From: the human T2T-CHM13v2.0 reference genome, Homo sapiens
Direction: 5' to 3' (one strand)
Assembly (NCBI RefSeq): GCF_009914755.1
Contig: NC_060943.1
DNA length: 64,000 nucleotides
In this document: one piece after another, positions 44,991 through 64,000 of the stretch
Layout: each line of letters begins with the position of its first letter
Position numbering within the stretch: position 1 is the stretch's first letter
Notes under the pieces: generated by a model
Told to the model about the DNA's origin: nothing
Database searches by the model: none
Seen by the model: only the letters and a program-made list of their open reading frames with translations
Program-made: the position numbers and the translations under genes

Positions 44991-46387
44991 AGACATGGCT
45001 GAGGTCAGAGCAGGGAGGCCACGCTCTTTGGGAGAGAGGTGGCTGCTATTACCGCATCACTATGTCAGTTGAGGCTTCTGCCTGCCCTGCTTCAAATCCT
45101 TCCTTGGTTCTTGTACTACCTTCAAACCCAGGCCCACATGCCTAGGCTTGGCATTCTGCGGACTCTGGCCTCAGCTGACTTCCCCAGCTGCTCCCCTCTA
45201 CAGGGAGGCTCGTGGTTATGCCTGTCACTCTGAAGTCACCTCTCTGGTGTCCAACCCTGGATCCACTGTGTGATCCTGAATCAGTGTCCTCACCTCTCTG
45301 GGCTTCTGGGTGCCTATCTGTGATAAATAATTGGACCTGCTTCATGGGAAACTTGTGATGACAGAATGAGTTGGTTCATGTAAAGTGCTGTCAACGGTCT
45401 CGGACACCTCCAGCGTTATTACTGTTGTTTCGATTGTTATGATTGAAGGCCTTTTTTGGTGCCTGGGGGAAATTCAAAGATGCTCCATGCCAAGTCCAGC
45501 CCACAAGGAGCTTACAGTAGGAAGGGAGGTAAAGGAAGTACAAAAGCTCTGCGACAAGATGGGACCCGACTCATCTCCTAAGGGAGTGAGGACTACCCTT
45601 CTCCCTCACCCCTCCAGCAGCTCTGTGCTCGCACAGCAAAGAACCAAAAGGCACGTGCTGAACAAAGTGCAAAGTGACCAAGCTCTGATCCAGACACTGA
45701 GGATACATTAATTAAAATGAGTTCACACAGGAAATAAATTTCCAACCATGCCTGGCACTCAAGACACGATAGGGTCAGCTGGGCACAGTAGCTTACACCT
45801 GTAATCCCAGCACTTTGGGAGGCGGATGTGGGCAGATCACTTGAGGTCAGGAGTTCAAGACCAGTCCGGCCAACATGGTGAAATCCCATCTCTACTAAAA
45901 ATACAAAACTTAGCCAGACATGGTGGTGGGTGCCTGTAATCCCAGCTACTCAGGAGGCTGAGTCAGGAGGATCGCTTGAACCCAGGAGGAGGAGGCTGAG
46001 GAGGCTGCAGTGAGCCGAGATCACACCACTACACTCCAGCCTGGATGACAGAGACTACATATCTCAAAAAAAAAAGACATGATAGGGTCACCGTTGTCAT
46101 AATCAGGATTATTATTACAGTTATTATTATTGTTATGTTGTTATTCTTCCTCCACCCCGATCTAATCACCTGATCTAACCACCTGGTTTCTATAAACCCA
46201 CAGCACGATGTACGCTGGGTCTCTACGACCGCCACCTCACACCTCGTTTCAGTTCTGCCTCATCCTCCGTCTCCACTAAGTCCCCAGAGGAAGGAAATGC
46301 TCCGAAGCTCAAAGAGCCCCTTGCCATCTCCCCGTTGTTCGTGGAATGAACCTCAAAGGAGCCTCTGCAGGGCCCGTCTCCTGCTAG

Positions 46388-46522
<135 letters not shown>

Positions 46523-48014
46523 TGAGTACCTAGGATTACAGGCGCAGGCCACCATGCCCGGCTAATTTTGTATTTTTAGTAGAGACGGGGTTTCTCCATG
46601 TTGGTCAGGCTGGTCTCGAACTCCTGACCTCAGGTGATCCACCTGCCTCGGCCTCCCAAAGTGCTAGGATTACAGGCGTGAGCCACCGCACCCAGCCTCT
46701 ACTGCTAGTTTCTACAGCCTCTACCCACACCCTCTCCACTTTCCTCCCACAAGCTCTCTCTAGCCCCAGGGGCTTCCCCCATTCAAAACCCTCCATGGCT
46801 CCCCAGTGTGTTCAAATGCCACCCAAGCTCCCTACTGTGGTCCACAAGGAGCAGTGTAGAAATGTGCCGATTTCCAGCCTCATCCTGGTACCTCTTCCTC
46901 CCGCCCAACACCAGGCACCCACCCAAAAAATGTGCCATAATCTCGCACACTCCAGGGCTTCTGTGCTTGGCTCTCCCTCTGCCTGAAACACTCTCCCTGT
47001 CTTCTCCCTCCTCCTGGCTGACATCTTTACCCATTTGAAGACTCAGCTGGGAAGCCACCCCCTCCAGGAAGCCCTCCCTGACTTTCAGGCTGGGTTAGGA
47101 ACCGCATCAGGGCTTTCCTCCGGGTCTCCCATCCCAGCCCTGCCTACTCTGGGTTGTCTGTGTCTTGTGACATGTCTGTCTCCTGCACTGGGCTGTAAGC
47201 TCCATGACAGGGCCAGAAATCACTTCTGTGTCCCTGGCAATGTCTCACATAGGGTCGGGCCCAGAAGATCCCTCAGAAGTATGTCAGAAGAATGTGGCTT
47301 CAGAGGGAGATGCCACTTTGTTTCTACTGGGCAAACAGTCTGGTGTTTCTAGGACTGCTGCCTTGTATTTTCCCATCCCCTTAAGCCTGGTTTCTTTGGA
47401 TCCTGCTCGCCCAGTTTCTTTGCAACCACAATTCCATGTACGCCTTCAGTCCCCAAGAGCTGGGGCCTTAACCCTGATGTTATGTAAGAGATTGAAGCCC
47501 TGAGCTCCGACCTCGGGCCTTTTCTGGACTCCCTGTGGGACTTCAGGCCACTCCCTCCTCTGTCTCTGAGCCTCAGTCTCCCCAGTCCATATCACAAAGG
47601 GCCAGTGTTGGCTTCCAAGACCGTCCGTGGGTACAAGTGTCGTAGTGTCTCTAGCCACAAGGGGGCAGTGTGGGCCTGTCTGAGGCCAAGGAGGGTGGTG
47701 ACCCGCGCAGGTAGGAAAGAGCTCGGTGCCCTGGTGACTGTCTCCAGGGCAACGGAGGAACCCAGGCTCTCTCTGGGGTGGCCACACCATTTAATCTGTT
47801 CCCACCCTCCTGATGCCTGATGCTGGGAGAAAGCCCAGGCTGGGAACCCTCCCGGTTCAGCCCAGAGCCAAACACAAACCCTCCCAGCCGCTCCAGCCAC
47901 CACCTCTCCCTTCTCTGCCCTTTCTGTATCCTCATCTACCTGCCTCTCCCTCTCCCTGGCCCATTTCAGTTTGCACCGTTCATTCTGTCTCATGTCTTCT
48001 CCATGTCTCTCTGA

Positions 48015-48411
<397 letters not shown>

Positions 48412-48563
48412 CTGGGGATGAGAGGGTGGGGGAGAGGTCACTGCCCCTGAGCGAACCAGGGAAGCTCCATGTTGGGTCCTGGGTCGGGGGCTCACAGCCT
48501 GTGCCCAGGGGTCCTCAACTTTCCACACCCCCGTTCTGAAGGCAAGCAAGGAAAAGGGAGGCA

Positions 48564-48584
48564 TGTGCTGTCCGTGGTCCTGAC
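48564..48584 (-). promoter_or_regulatory. RE1/NRSE-like site in a short SLC8A2 intron
   Basis: GTCAGGACCACGGACAGCACA; intact right half-site, one core mismatch in the left half. Confidence 0.7.
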
Positions 48585-48698
48585 GTGGGACCCTTCTTTG
48601 GCTTGATCTTAGGAACCTTGTGGCTCCCCGCTTTCCGGACCCTCCCCAAGGAAATGAACCAGGCTGGACTCCAGGAAGGTGAGGCCCCGGAAAATCAC

Positions 48699-48823
48699 CT
48701 TAAAATCATATGACTCCTCGATGATGACCTCCAGCCGGCAGTTCTCCCCAAGAACTGGCTTGCCCATCTCTGCTATCCTCCGAGCCTCCTCCTCCTCGGC
48801 TGTTAGCTTCCTGTCCCCATCCC
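48699..48823 (-). CDS. SLC8A2: SLC8A2 coding exon (CBD2 C-terminal part)
   Basis: 125 nt, GDGDRKLTAEEEEARRIAEMGKPVLGENCRLEVIIEESYDFK. Confidence 0.96.
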
Positions 48824-49759
48824 CTGCAGCATGAGGGGTGGGGGTTAGACTCCTGGGAGACCTACCTAATTGGGCCTGTGACGCCTTTACTACCTGTCCC
48901 CATAGTTAGAGAAAGCCTATCTGTTCTCCTCTGGGAAGCTCCTTGGTGACTCCTCCCAGCCTCCCACCTGACCACCGTCTCCTTCAACCCTGAGGTCCAG
49001 CTCCCAAGGGTTGGTTCATGATCTTTAGTTGGTGGGCTCTGGGGTTCGTATGGTGGAGGCTGTGAGACTTTAGGCAATACCTGAGCCTCTCTGTGCCTTA
49101 GTTTTCATAACTGTTAAACGGGCACAATAATTAGTACCTACCTCATGGGGTGGTTGTGAGACTTAAATGAGTTAATTCGTGTGAAGTGCTTAGAACAGTG
49201 CCTGGCACACAATAAATATTCAATACATGTTACTATCTTTATTATTATCACCAACATTATCATCATCGTTGCCACCCTGATAGGGGAGGCCTGGTCTCTA
49301 CATCCAGTTTCTGGAAACATCCTAGAGTGTGGCTGACATGGTAAGGAAAGGGGAGGACATCCAATTTTGGCACAAATCTTGGAACCAGACCCACCTACAT
49401 CCTGGTCCTGAGCTCGCTTCTCTCCCCAAAGTATGCTGACCCCTGACTCCAAGCCCAGCAGCAGCCCAACCCTAATTCTGGTCCCTAACTCTGAGCTGGA
49501 CTCTCACTGTGGCCCCAAATGGAAGCCTGTCATCAACACTGACTCCAAACCCCAACCCTCAGCCCTGGATCTGACCTCAGCACAACCCTAGCCCTAAACC
49601 CTAATCCCGACTCTAACATTCACCATAACCTGGAGCATCAATAACCCCAAGCCAAATCCCACACTCTATCTCCAGATCTAACTCCAGTCCTACACCTGAC
49701 CTCAAACCTCAGTCCCAACTCCCAACTCTGACACCATCACTCATGAGGAGCTTGACCAC

Positions 49760-50890
<1,131 letters not shown>

Positions 50891-51233
50891 TCCAACGAAT
50901 ACAATCTTTAATCTAACTCTAATCCTAACCACGGATCCCAATTCTGATCTTGACTCCAAAATGACTTTGTCCATCTCCAAGCCACTGACCTTAGCCCTAA
51001 CTCTTACTCCAATCTCTGACCTTGGCCCCAATTCTAACCTAAATTCCTCAAACTCTATTACTCACCTCAAAGTCCAACTTTAGCTTTGACCTAAATCTGA
51101 CTCTAATTCTAATCTGATCCCACCAGCAGGAAAGCACCTCCACTGTGACTCTCACCTTAACATGGTCCTAACCCCGATCTCCAATCCAAACCCCACCTCA
51201 CTCCTAATCAACCCCAAACTGGATTCTCTCTGA

Positions 51234-51665
<432 letters not shown>

Positions 51666-52023
51666 TAACTCCTGACCTCCGGTGATCCACTCTCCTCGGC
51701 CTCCCAAAGTGCTGGGATTATAGGTGTGAGCCACCGCACCTGGCCTCACCCAGGTAATTTTTGTATCTTTACAAGAGATGGGGTTTCACCATGTTACAGA
51801 CATAATCTTGACCTCCAAAATGCTAACTGTAATCCCAAACTCATACAGGCACCACCAACTCTCAGGCCAGACCCCACTGTCCCCCAGCCCTGAATCTGCC
51901 TTTATCTCACCTCCAATCTGCCTCAAACCCAACCTGGAAGAGTAGCTTTGGGGCTGGGACCCTCCCCCAGGCCCTCTTCCAGTGGCTCCTCCCCACTCAG
52001 AGCCCAGAGGTGACTTCACTCAC

Positions 52024-52041
52024 CTTGATTGAGTAGCAGAG
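52024..52041 (-). CDS. SLC8A2: SLC8A2 18-nt microexon (ALLLNQ; homologue of NCX cassette exon C)
   Basis: tctctctccccag|CTCTGCTACTCAATCAAG|gtgagt, phase 1-1. Confidence 0.93.
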
Positions 52042-52191
52042 CTGGGGAGAGACAGAGACAGGCAGACAGTGAGATCAGTTCCCCACGAAGCTCAGGTCCA
52101 CGAGCTTTAAGGAGTGCCTGCAATTGAGCCCCTGAAAGTCCCCCGACCCTGGACCCCTTACTTCTCCCACAGCCCACTGGTCACCCCTCAC

Positions 52192-52295
52192 CTGAAATCC
52201 CTCGCTTAAGCCACTGGGGCTGGCCCAGCTCAATGAAGAAATTATCCTTTTTCTCATATTCCTCGTCATCAACTATCTTCACCTGAAGAGTTTTC
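52192..52295 (-). CDS. SLC8A2: SLC8A2 CBD2 exon (A/B-type)
   Basis: 104 nt, KTLQVKIVDDEEYEKKDNFFIELGQPQWLKRGIS. Confidence 0.96.
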
Positions 52296-52660
52296 CTGTG
52301 CAGGGGGCAAGGGGGAGGCAGAACACTCAGTGTAAGGCCCCCTCCCCAGACTCACCAGGCAACCCTCCTGGCAGCCACCCAGTTTTCCAAGCACCTCCTC
52401 TGTCCCAGACTCCACAATCTCATTTACTTCTCACCACCACGCAGGGAGGAAGGCTCTATTATCATCCCCATTTGACAGAAACAAAACCAGGCACTGGTGA
52501 GGAAGCTGAGTCTGATTAAAGTAAAGCATTCTGGGTGCGGTGGCTCATGCCTCTTATCCCAGAACTTTAGGAGGCTGAGGAGGGAGGGTTGCTTGAGGCC
52601 AGGAGTTCAAGACCAGCCTGGGCAATATATTGAGAGCCCATCTCTATTTATATTAAATAA

Positions 52661-53072
<412 letters not shown>

Positions 53073-53385
53073 CTATGGTCTCCTACCTAGATTACTAGTT
53101 GCCTGCTAAACAATCCCATGCTTCAGCCTCACCGCCCACAGTCTGTTCTTTCAAGAGCAGCCAGAGTGATCCTGATAGAACCAAAGTCAGACCGCATTCC
53201 TCCCCTGTGCAAAACATTTGCAAGGCTCCTATCTCTCACAGAATGAAAGTCAAAGTCCTTAGAATGGCCCACAAGACCCCCTGCAATCTAGCACTCATTC
53301 CCTTTCTGGCCTCCTTGCTATTCCTTGAACAAGCCAGGCCTGCTCATGCCTCAGGGCTTTTGCACTGGCTGTTCCCTCTGCCTAG

Positions 53386-54102
<717 letters not shown>

Positions 54103-55339
54103 TGATGCTAATTGATTTTCTCAGCATCTCTGCTCCTATGGTAACCAGGGGATGGCAGGAAACAGCCAGAAGTTACCTGTCACCTTCAGGCACATAATCC
54201 ACGCCCCTCGACCCCAAAGACCCACAAACCCAGAATGCCCACAGCTTTGCCACTGGCAACTCTTTAGGCTGTAGGAACCATGTAGTCCCACAAGGCCTGG
54301 CCCCAGAACCCAAAAACACAAACACCCAGCCCACACAGTCACCCAATCGAGGAAGCACAGCCGATCACACCGCCCACACCCACACGCCATCACACCCTAC
54401 AGCCATTCCCACTGCAGTGGCAAGACTGCATGGACCAGATGCCCGTCAGTTAGCACGACTCCCCCACCACAGCCTTGGCGACATCGCCACCCTGCAGCCC
54501 CTCACTGTGGTACCACGTAGACGCTCCTACCTTATATCTAACTCCTGACGCCTCTTGGTGTCTCTGTTTACTTCCTTCAGTGCCTCTCTGCATCTCTGTC
54601 CCTACATTTTCCATCTTCTTTTCTCTCTCTGCCTCTCTCAGCTTCTCTGGGTCTATCTCTCCATCTCTGACTCTGTCTCTCTGACTCTCCAGCAGTCTCT
54701 CTCTCTGACTCTGACTCTCTCCGTTCTCTGTCTCAGTCTCTTCTCATCTCTCTGCTCTCCCTTTTTTTGAAACAAAGTCTCGCTCTGTTGCCCAGGCTGG
54801 AGTGCAGTGGCATAATCATGGCTCACTGCAGCCTTGATCTCCAGGGCTCAAGCAATCCTCCCACCTCAGCCTCCTAAGTAGCTGGAAATATAAGCGTGTG
54901 CCACCACACCTGGCTACTTTTAAATTTTTTATAGAGACAGGATCTCACTATGTTGCCCAGGCTGGTCTTGAATTCCTGGCCTCAAGTGATCCTCCCACCT
55001 TGGCCTCCCCAGTGCTGGGGTTACAGGTGTGAGCCACAGCACCTGGCCCGCCCTTCTTTATCTGGATTCTTCTCTCCCTGTCTCTGTCTTTCAGAGTCTA
55101 AAGAATGGAGTAACAAAAGTCAACACACTTCAAGCAGAAGAGTTTCAATCAGGCAGTCATTCAAAAGACGCATCTCAACACACAAACACGCACAAGACAC
55201 AGCGACACCCGCGCAAGGACAGGCGCACACAAGACGGCCATGTGGGGACATCCGCCCACCTCCACCCTCCTGGTTTCAGGATATTTTCAATTTTCTGTGG
55301 GTGGAAAGAAAGGGCCGCCCCCGACCTCGGCGTGGGCTG

Positions 55340-55360
55340 TGAGCTGTCCGCGGTGCTGAA
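55340..55360 (-). promoter_or_regulatory. RE1/NRSE (REST binding site) in an SLC8A2 intron
   Basis: TTCAGCACCGCGGACAGCTCA, near-perfect consensus. Confidence 0.92.
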
Positions 55361-55520
55361 ATGCTGGGGCCGGCGAGGAGGGAGGGTCTCCCGAGACATG
55401 CTCCTCACACACCCTGACACACACAGACAGCTGCCGACACAGTGACATGCTGACAGGGTGACACACACACCTCTGTCGCTCACTCTCGCAGACATGCTGC
55501 GATCCGCTGACACACAGTGA

Positions 55521-56504
<984 letters not shown>

Positions 56505-58664
56505 TAGCCTCCTGTTCTCTGTCTTCTGAAGCCACAGCTGGGAGCTTGTGGGGGTGGGGGACAGAGGGTGTCCCAGCCTGGGGAAGCCATGTGGGGGAGG
56601 ACAGGGCCGTAAGGTTGCAGCAGCAGGAGGGAAGCAGGTTGGACTATAAGAAGGACCGGAAAAAGCAGAAAGAAAACTCTCCATTCCCCCATCTCTTGGT
56701 GTGAGAGAGGGGTCTGGGATGGTGCCTCTCGCAGCCCCCAACCCAAGTTCTCAACAACCCTCAGACAGAGACCAAGCCAGACAGAGAGAGAGAAGGAAAG
56801 GTGTGGAGTGTGCCTGAAATATAAGCTGAGTCAGAGAGCGAGGTGCTGGGGACAGACAGCTGCAGATGAACAGAGACGCAGAGACCCAGAGAGAGACAGC
56901 CCAGGGAGTGAGAGATGCAGAGATGCAGAGGGAGAGACGGAGAGACAGCGAGAGCAGTGAGAAGCTGAGTGCTGCCCGAGGCGGAAGCGCAGAGGCTGGG
57001 AGGAGGAGGGAGGGGGAGCGCGGTGGGGACTCCGCTTGAGTAGGAGGCGCGTGGGCGGCACGGAGGAGGGAGACAGACGGGCATGCGGGGGCGGAAGGGA
57101 GCGGGCAGAGGAGGGGCAGGCGCTGCCTGCATCCTGGGCAGGGGGGTGGGGGAATGTGAGGCTTCAGGCACACATTGGGGGACACTCGGTCACCTGTGTA
57201 AGGGGTGGCCAGGGATCTGGGCGTGAGAACAGCCCTGACTTAATAATTTAGTGTACGTGTCCGTGATTTTATGTGTGTCTGCGTGTTTTTTTTCTTTTTT
57301 TGAGACAGGGTCTCACTGTGTCGCCCAGGCTGGAGTGCAGTGGGTGATCACAGCTCACTACAGCACCTAACTCGTGGGCTCAAGCCATCTTCCTGCTTTG
57401 GCTTCCCAAGTAGCTGGGACTACAAGTGCACACCACCATGCCCAGCTAATTTTAAACAATTTTTAGCAGAGTAGAGGCTGATCTCCAACTCCAAGGCTCA
57501 TGCCATCCTCCCGCCTCAGTTTCCTAAAGTGCTGGCACTACAGGCATGCGCCACCACTAATTAGAAAAATTATTTTTAGAGTAGGAGTCTTGCTATGTTG
57601 CCCAGGTTGCTCTCAAACTCCTGGCCTCAAATGATCCTCCTGCTTCGTCCTCCCAAAGCGCTGGGATTACAGGTGTTGACCACCACGCCTGGCCCTGCCG
57701 TGTGTGTCTTATGTGTGTGTGGTGCGTATAAATGGCTTTGTGTCCAATCTGTAAACGTCTGTCTACATGTGTGTGTCTGAGTGTATCCAGCCAGCCCACC
57801 TCCCCAGACCCCATTTTCCTAAATCCCAGCCCTCAGGCTCCCCAGTGTCTCCCCAGGCCCTGCCCTGCCTTCCCAGGCCCCCAGATTCCAGCACCATCTT
57901 TTCCCAAATCCTCGCCCAGATTCGCGTTAGGTGCCCCGCTATTTCCCCAGGTTCTTCCTCATACCCAGAAGCCCCACCCCTTCCCTAGCTCCGCGCGCCC
58001 AGGCCCCACCCATCTTGTTAGGCCCCGCCTTCTTCCGCAGCCCACATCCATTTTCCCATTTCCTGATGTCGTATGTCCAAACCCAGACCCCACCTATCGC
58101 CCTGGACCCGCCCCCTCTCCACAGCCACCGACAGCGTCTCATCTCCACAAGCCTCTCCCCACATCTCCCTGGGTACTCTTCAGCACACACTCCACGAGCT
58201 ACCAATTAAGGCCCCACACCGCTCTCCCCAGGCCCCGTCCCATCTCTCCTCACCTCGTCCCCCCTTCCTCCTTGGGGCCCTCTTCTCACCTGTCCGGCCA
58301 CCCTTCTAGGCCTCGCCTCTTCATTTCACAGTCACAACCCCACCAGGCCCCGCCCACGTGGTAGACACAGCACACCTAGGCCCCGCCCCTCCCGAGGCCA
58401 AGCCCACTTTGGAGAACGATTCACTCAGGCCCCTCTCCTCCTGAGGGCCCAGCTGTTCAGTGAAGCCCCGCCCACGTCGTGGGCATGGGTCACAGGCCCC
58501 GCCCACGTTGCGGGCACGGCCACGCAGGCCCCTCCCCTCCCGAGGCCCAACCAAGACCCGCCCACTATGTGGGCATGGCTCACCCAGGCCCCGCCCCTGA
58601 GCCACATCAGGCCTCGCCCATTCCGAAGCCCCGCCCCTCTCCGGGCCGCCTCGGGCGTGCTCAC

Positions 58665-59087
58665 ATGGTCTCGTCGTCGCCAAACTCCAGCTCTCCGCAC
58701 GCGTCCTCGTAGTGCACGCCGCCGCCGCGCGCCGTGCCGTCCACCGTGCGGTAGGGAAGGCGCACGGTGCCGCGCGCGCCCGAGCTGCGCACGACGCGCA
58801 CGTCCACGGTGCCCATGCACTCGCTCACGTGCAGCAGGCGGTCCTGGAAGGAGAAGATGCCTGCGTGGTCGTCGTCCAGGATGGTGACGGTGGCCAGCAG
58901 CGGCGCCACCAGCCGCCCCTTGGGCCGCCCGCCGCCGTCCGGCTCGAACATGCCCTGCGCGTCGCCCACGCGCAGGTTCAGCAGCCGCACGAAGAAATGC
59001 TCGTCCTCCTCGAAGATGTCGTCGTCGATGATGCCGATGCGCAGCTCCTTCTGCGTCTCGCCTGGTTTGAACACCAGCGTGCCCTCG
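58665..59087 (-). CDS. SLC8A2: SLC8A2 coding exon (Calx-beta CBD1/CBD2); upstream exons lie beyond the window
   Basis: 423 nt, EGTLVFKPGETQKELRIGIIDDDIFEEDEHF...TILDDDHAGIF...EFGDDETM; cag|C acceptor and AT|gtgagc donor; CpG-rich. Confidence 0.97.
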
Positions 59088-59479
59088 CTGCGGCGGGGTG
59101 GGGAGGGGGAAGAGCGGGGTGAGGGTCGGTCATCGGCTGTGTGTTGTACGGGGGGAGTCTGGACGTGCTTCCCAGAGGAGACGTAGGTGCCATAGAAGAA
59201 CTCCCAAGTATGAGGGTCGACAGGCATTAAACAAGTAATACTGAGGGTGAATCGGGGTGGGCGTCCTGGAGGAAGGGCTGCAGAGCGGGAACAAGACAGA
59301 GTGGGCCCCTCCCCGCGTGGAACTCGTGAAGAGCAGAAGGTGGGAATTAAACAGGTAATGATAAGGTTGAGATCAGGGCAGGCTTCCTGGAGGAGGCATT
59401 AGCAGGTGGGCATACTCCAGGCAGAAGGAACAGCACATGCAAAGTCCAAGAGTTGAGAGGGAGCCTGGGGTGTTCTACA

Positions 59480-59625
59480 TCCCTGCTTCTCAAACCTTAA
59501 TGTGCATATGAATCCCCTGGTGGAGCTTGTGAAAATGCAGATTCTGGTTTAGAAGCTCCCGGGTTTCTAGAATCGCATTTCTAACGAGCTCCAGGGGATG
59601 TCCTGGTCACATTTTAAGTGGCAGG
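59480..59625. mobile_element. MER5A-like hAT-Charlie MITE
   Basis: cttctcaaaccttaatgtgcatatgaatc...aaaatgcagattct...gcatttctaacgagctcc. Confidence 0.7.
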
Positions 59626-60051
59626 GATATAGGACCCAGAAAGGACTCTGTCATTCCTCTGATAAAAACCCTTCCCAGATGCCCCCAAGAGGAAGTCCAT
59701 ACACCTTAACTTGGCATCACTCATTCATTCAACAAACACTCCTAAGGGCACCCGTTCTGTGCCTTGTGCCGAGTGGTGCTGGGGACACAGCAGTAACCAG
59801 GCCCTGTCCTCACAGGGTTCACAGCCCCATGGGAGAGCCATATCACCATGACAATTGCACATTTAATGATTTAATTACGGTTCATTCATTCAACAGATAA
59901 CTGACCGTTGTGTGCCAGGCATTGTTTTAAGTGTTGGGGGAACGGCACCAATAAGAAGCTTTGAGATTCTGTTTTAGTGCAGAAGAATGAACAATAAACA
60001 AACACAGGATGTCAGGTGGTGATGGTGCTATGGAGAGAAACAGGAGGGTAG

Positions 60052-60741
<690 letters not shown>

Positions 60742-61026
60742 TGAAGCTTCGTTCCGAGCAGAGGAGGGACACGAGCTGGCTTGGTGTTAAAAGAGTAACA
60801 GTTGTGGAAATCTCTGAAACACCCATAAGATACTCTGTAATGGGGGGAGCCGGGGAGGGAACAAGGCAGTGACATTAGATTACTCAGAGTGAAATTCTGA
60901 GGGGTCATGGAGTAAGTGGACTCTTCCTGGCAGGGCTGCAGACATCAGCGTGACTCTGGGATATTAAGAAATCTTGAAAATCTATCATTTCCCCCAATCC
61001 CTCCTACTGTGCATGTAAGGGGCTCA

Positions 61027-61398
<372 letters not shown>

Positions 61399-61854
61399 TC
61401 AGGCTCCAGTTTTCCAGCTCTGTGGGAGGAAGAGAGGGACCGCAAGGTTCTGGCAAGAGGTAGGGGGCATAGAACCTGGTGAAAAGACCTGCAGTGGAGG
61501 GATGAGGGAGTCCCTCAGCTCAGGATTCACTGTCCATGGTGATGGAGCACCCAGGAGGGTGGGCTGACCTGCTTCAAGCCCAGTTTGGCCACCATGCCAG
61601 CTGTGTGATCTTGGGCGGTCAGGATTCTGCAGTCCTCTGAGCCTTGGTTTCCTTATCTGTGGAATGGGCTAATAATAGTGTTTACCTCCTGGCGCTGTGG
61701 TGAGGACTGAATTGATACAGGGGAAGCACCCAGAGGCACAGTTAGCTAGTGATATCCACATATTAATATCATAATCTTAGAGTCCTAAAAGTCATGGGAT
61801 ATGAGACATTTACATGTAAGGGATAAAGGGATCAGTAAAATATGGAGATTGTAG

Positions 61855-62382
<528 letters not shown>

Positions 62383-62519
62383 TGAACTCCTGGGCTCAAG
62401 CAATCCGCTGGCCTTGGGCTCCCAAAGTGCTGGGATTGCAGGCATGATCCACTGCATACATCCTGTAGCATCATCTTTGCCAAACAATTAATCCAAAGAT
62501 TTAGCAACATCTTTACCAA

Positions 62520-63526
<1,007 letters not shown>

Positions 63527-64000
63527 TGAGAAGATAAAAATCTTAAAGCCATCAAGTCAGAGACTGGATAGGGTTTGGATTAGAATACCAAAATGTTGGC
63601 TGGTCGTGGTAGCTCATGCCTGTAATCCCGGCACTTTGGGAGGCCGGGGTGGATGGGTCACCTGAGGTCAGGAGTTTGAGACCAGCCTGGCCAACATGGT
63701 GAAACCCCATCTCTACTAAAAATACAAAAATTAACCAGGTGTGGCGGTGCACACCTGTAATCCCAGCTACTCAAGACGCTGAGGCATGAGAATCACTTGA
63801 ACGCGGGAGGCAGAGGTTGCAGTGAGCCGAGATCGTGCCACTGCACTCCAGCCTGGTCAACAGAGTGAGATGCAGTCTCAAAAAAATAAAGAATATCAAA
63901 ATGTTAGAATTCTAGAATCTTAGAACTTCAGACCCTTAGTGTGTCAACATCATAGGGGATTAAATCTCAGAATCTTGGAAAAACTGTGCTGTTTAGGGTT

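Noticed and set aside
61526-61546. Fourth RE1-like sequence (TCCATCACCATGGACAGTGAA, - strand)
   Set aside because: Left half-site core broken and 3' tail mismatched; too weak to call

Overview
Human/primate genomic DNA, recognisable as the chr19q13.3 MEIS3-SLC8A2 locus. From left to right: (1) the 3' part of a decayed HERV-H provirus ending in a complete 3' LTR7 (1-4205, + strand); (2) the complete MEIS3 TALE homeobox gene on the - strand, with 12 coding exons summing to 1128 nt (375 aa + stop), a non-coding last exon and a CpG-island promoter; (3) a repeat-rich interval with a ~2.4 kb CT/GA minisatellite, a 1.2 kb GT/CA tract, a candidate distal MEIS3 first exon at ~33.0-33.3 kb and old LTRs; (4) the last seven coding exons and 2 kb 3' UTR of SLC8A2 (NCX2) on the - strand, with the gene's 5' part beyond the window. 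The window is very Alu-dense. Most long ORFs in the supplied track are low-complexity or Alu artefacts. The most notable non-coding signals are three REST/RE1 sites, a ~16-unit tandem amplification inside an MLT1 LTR that multiplies a TTCCCAGAATCCCTTG (STAT/ZNF143-like) motif, and a minisatellite whose units read as 5' splice donors on the MEIS3 sense strand inside the intron of the candidate distal isoform. I found no new protein-coding system. Repeat subfamily calls and comparisons with reference assemblies are from memory and need RepeatMasker or alignment confirmation.
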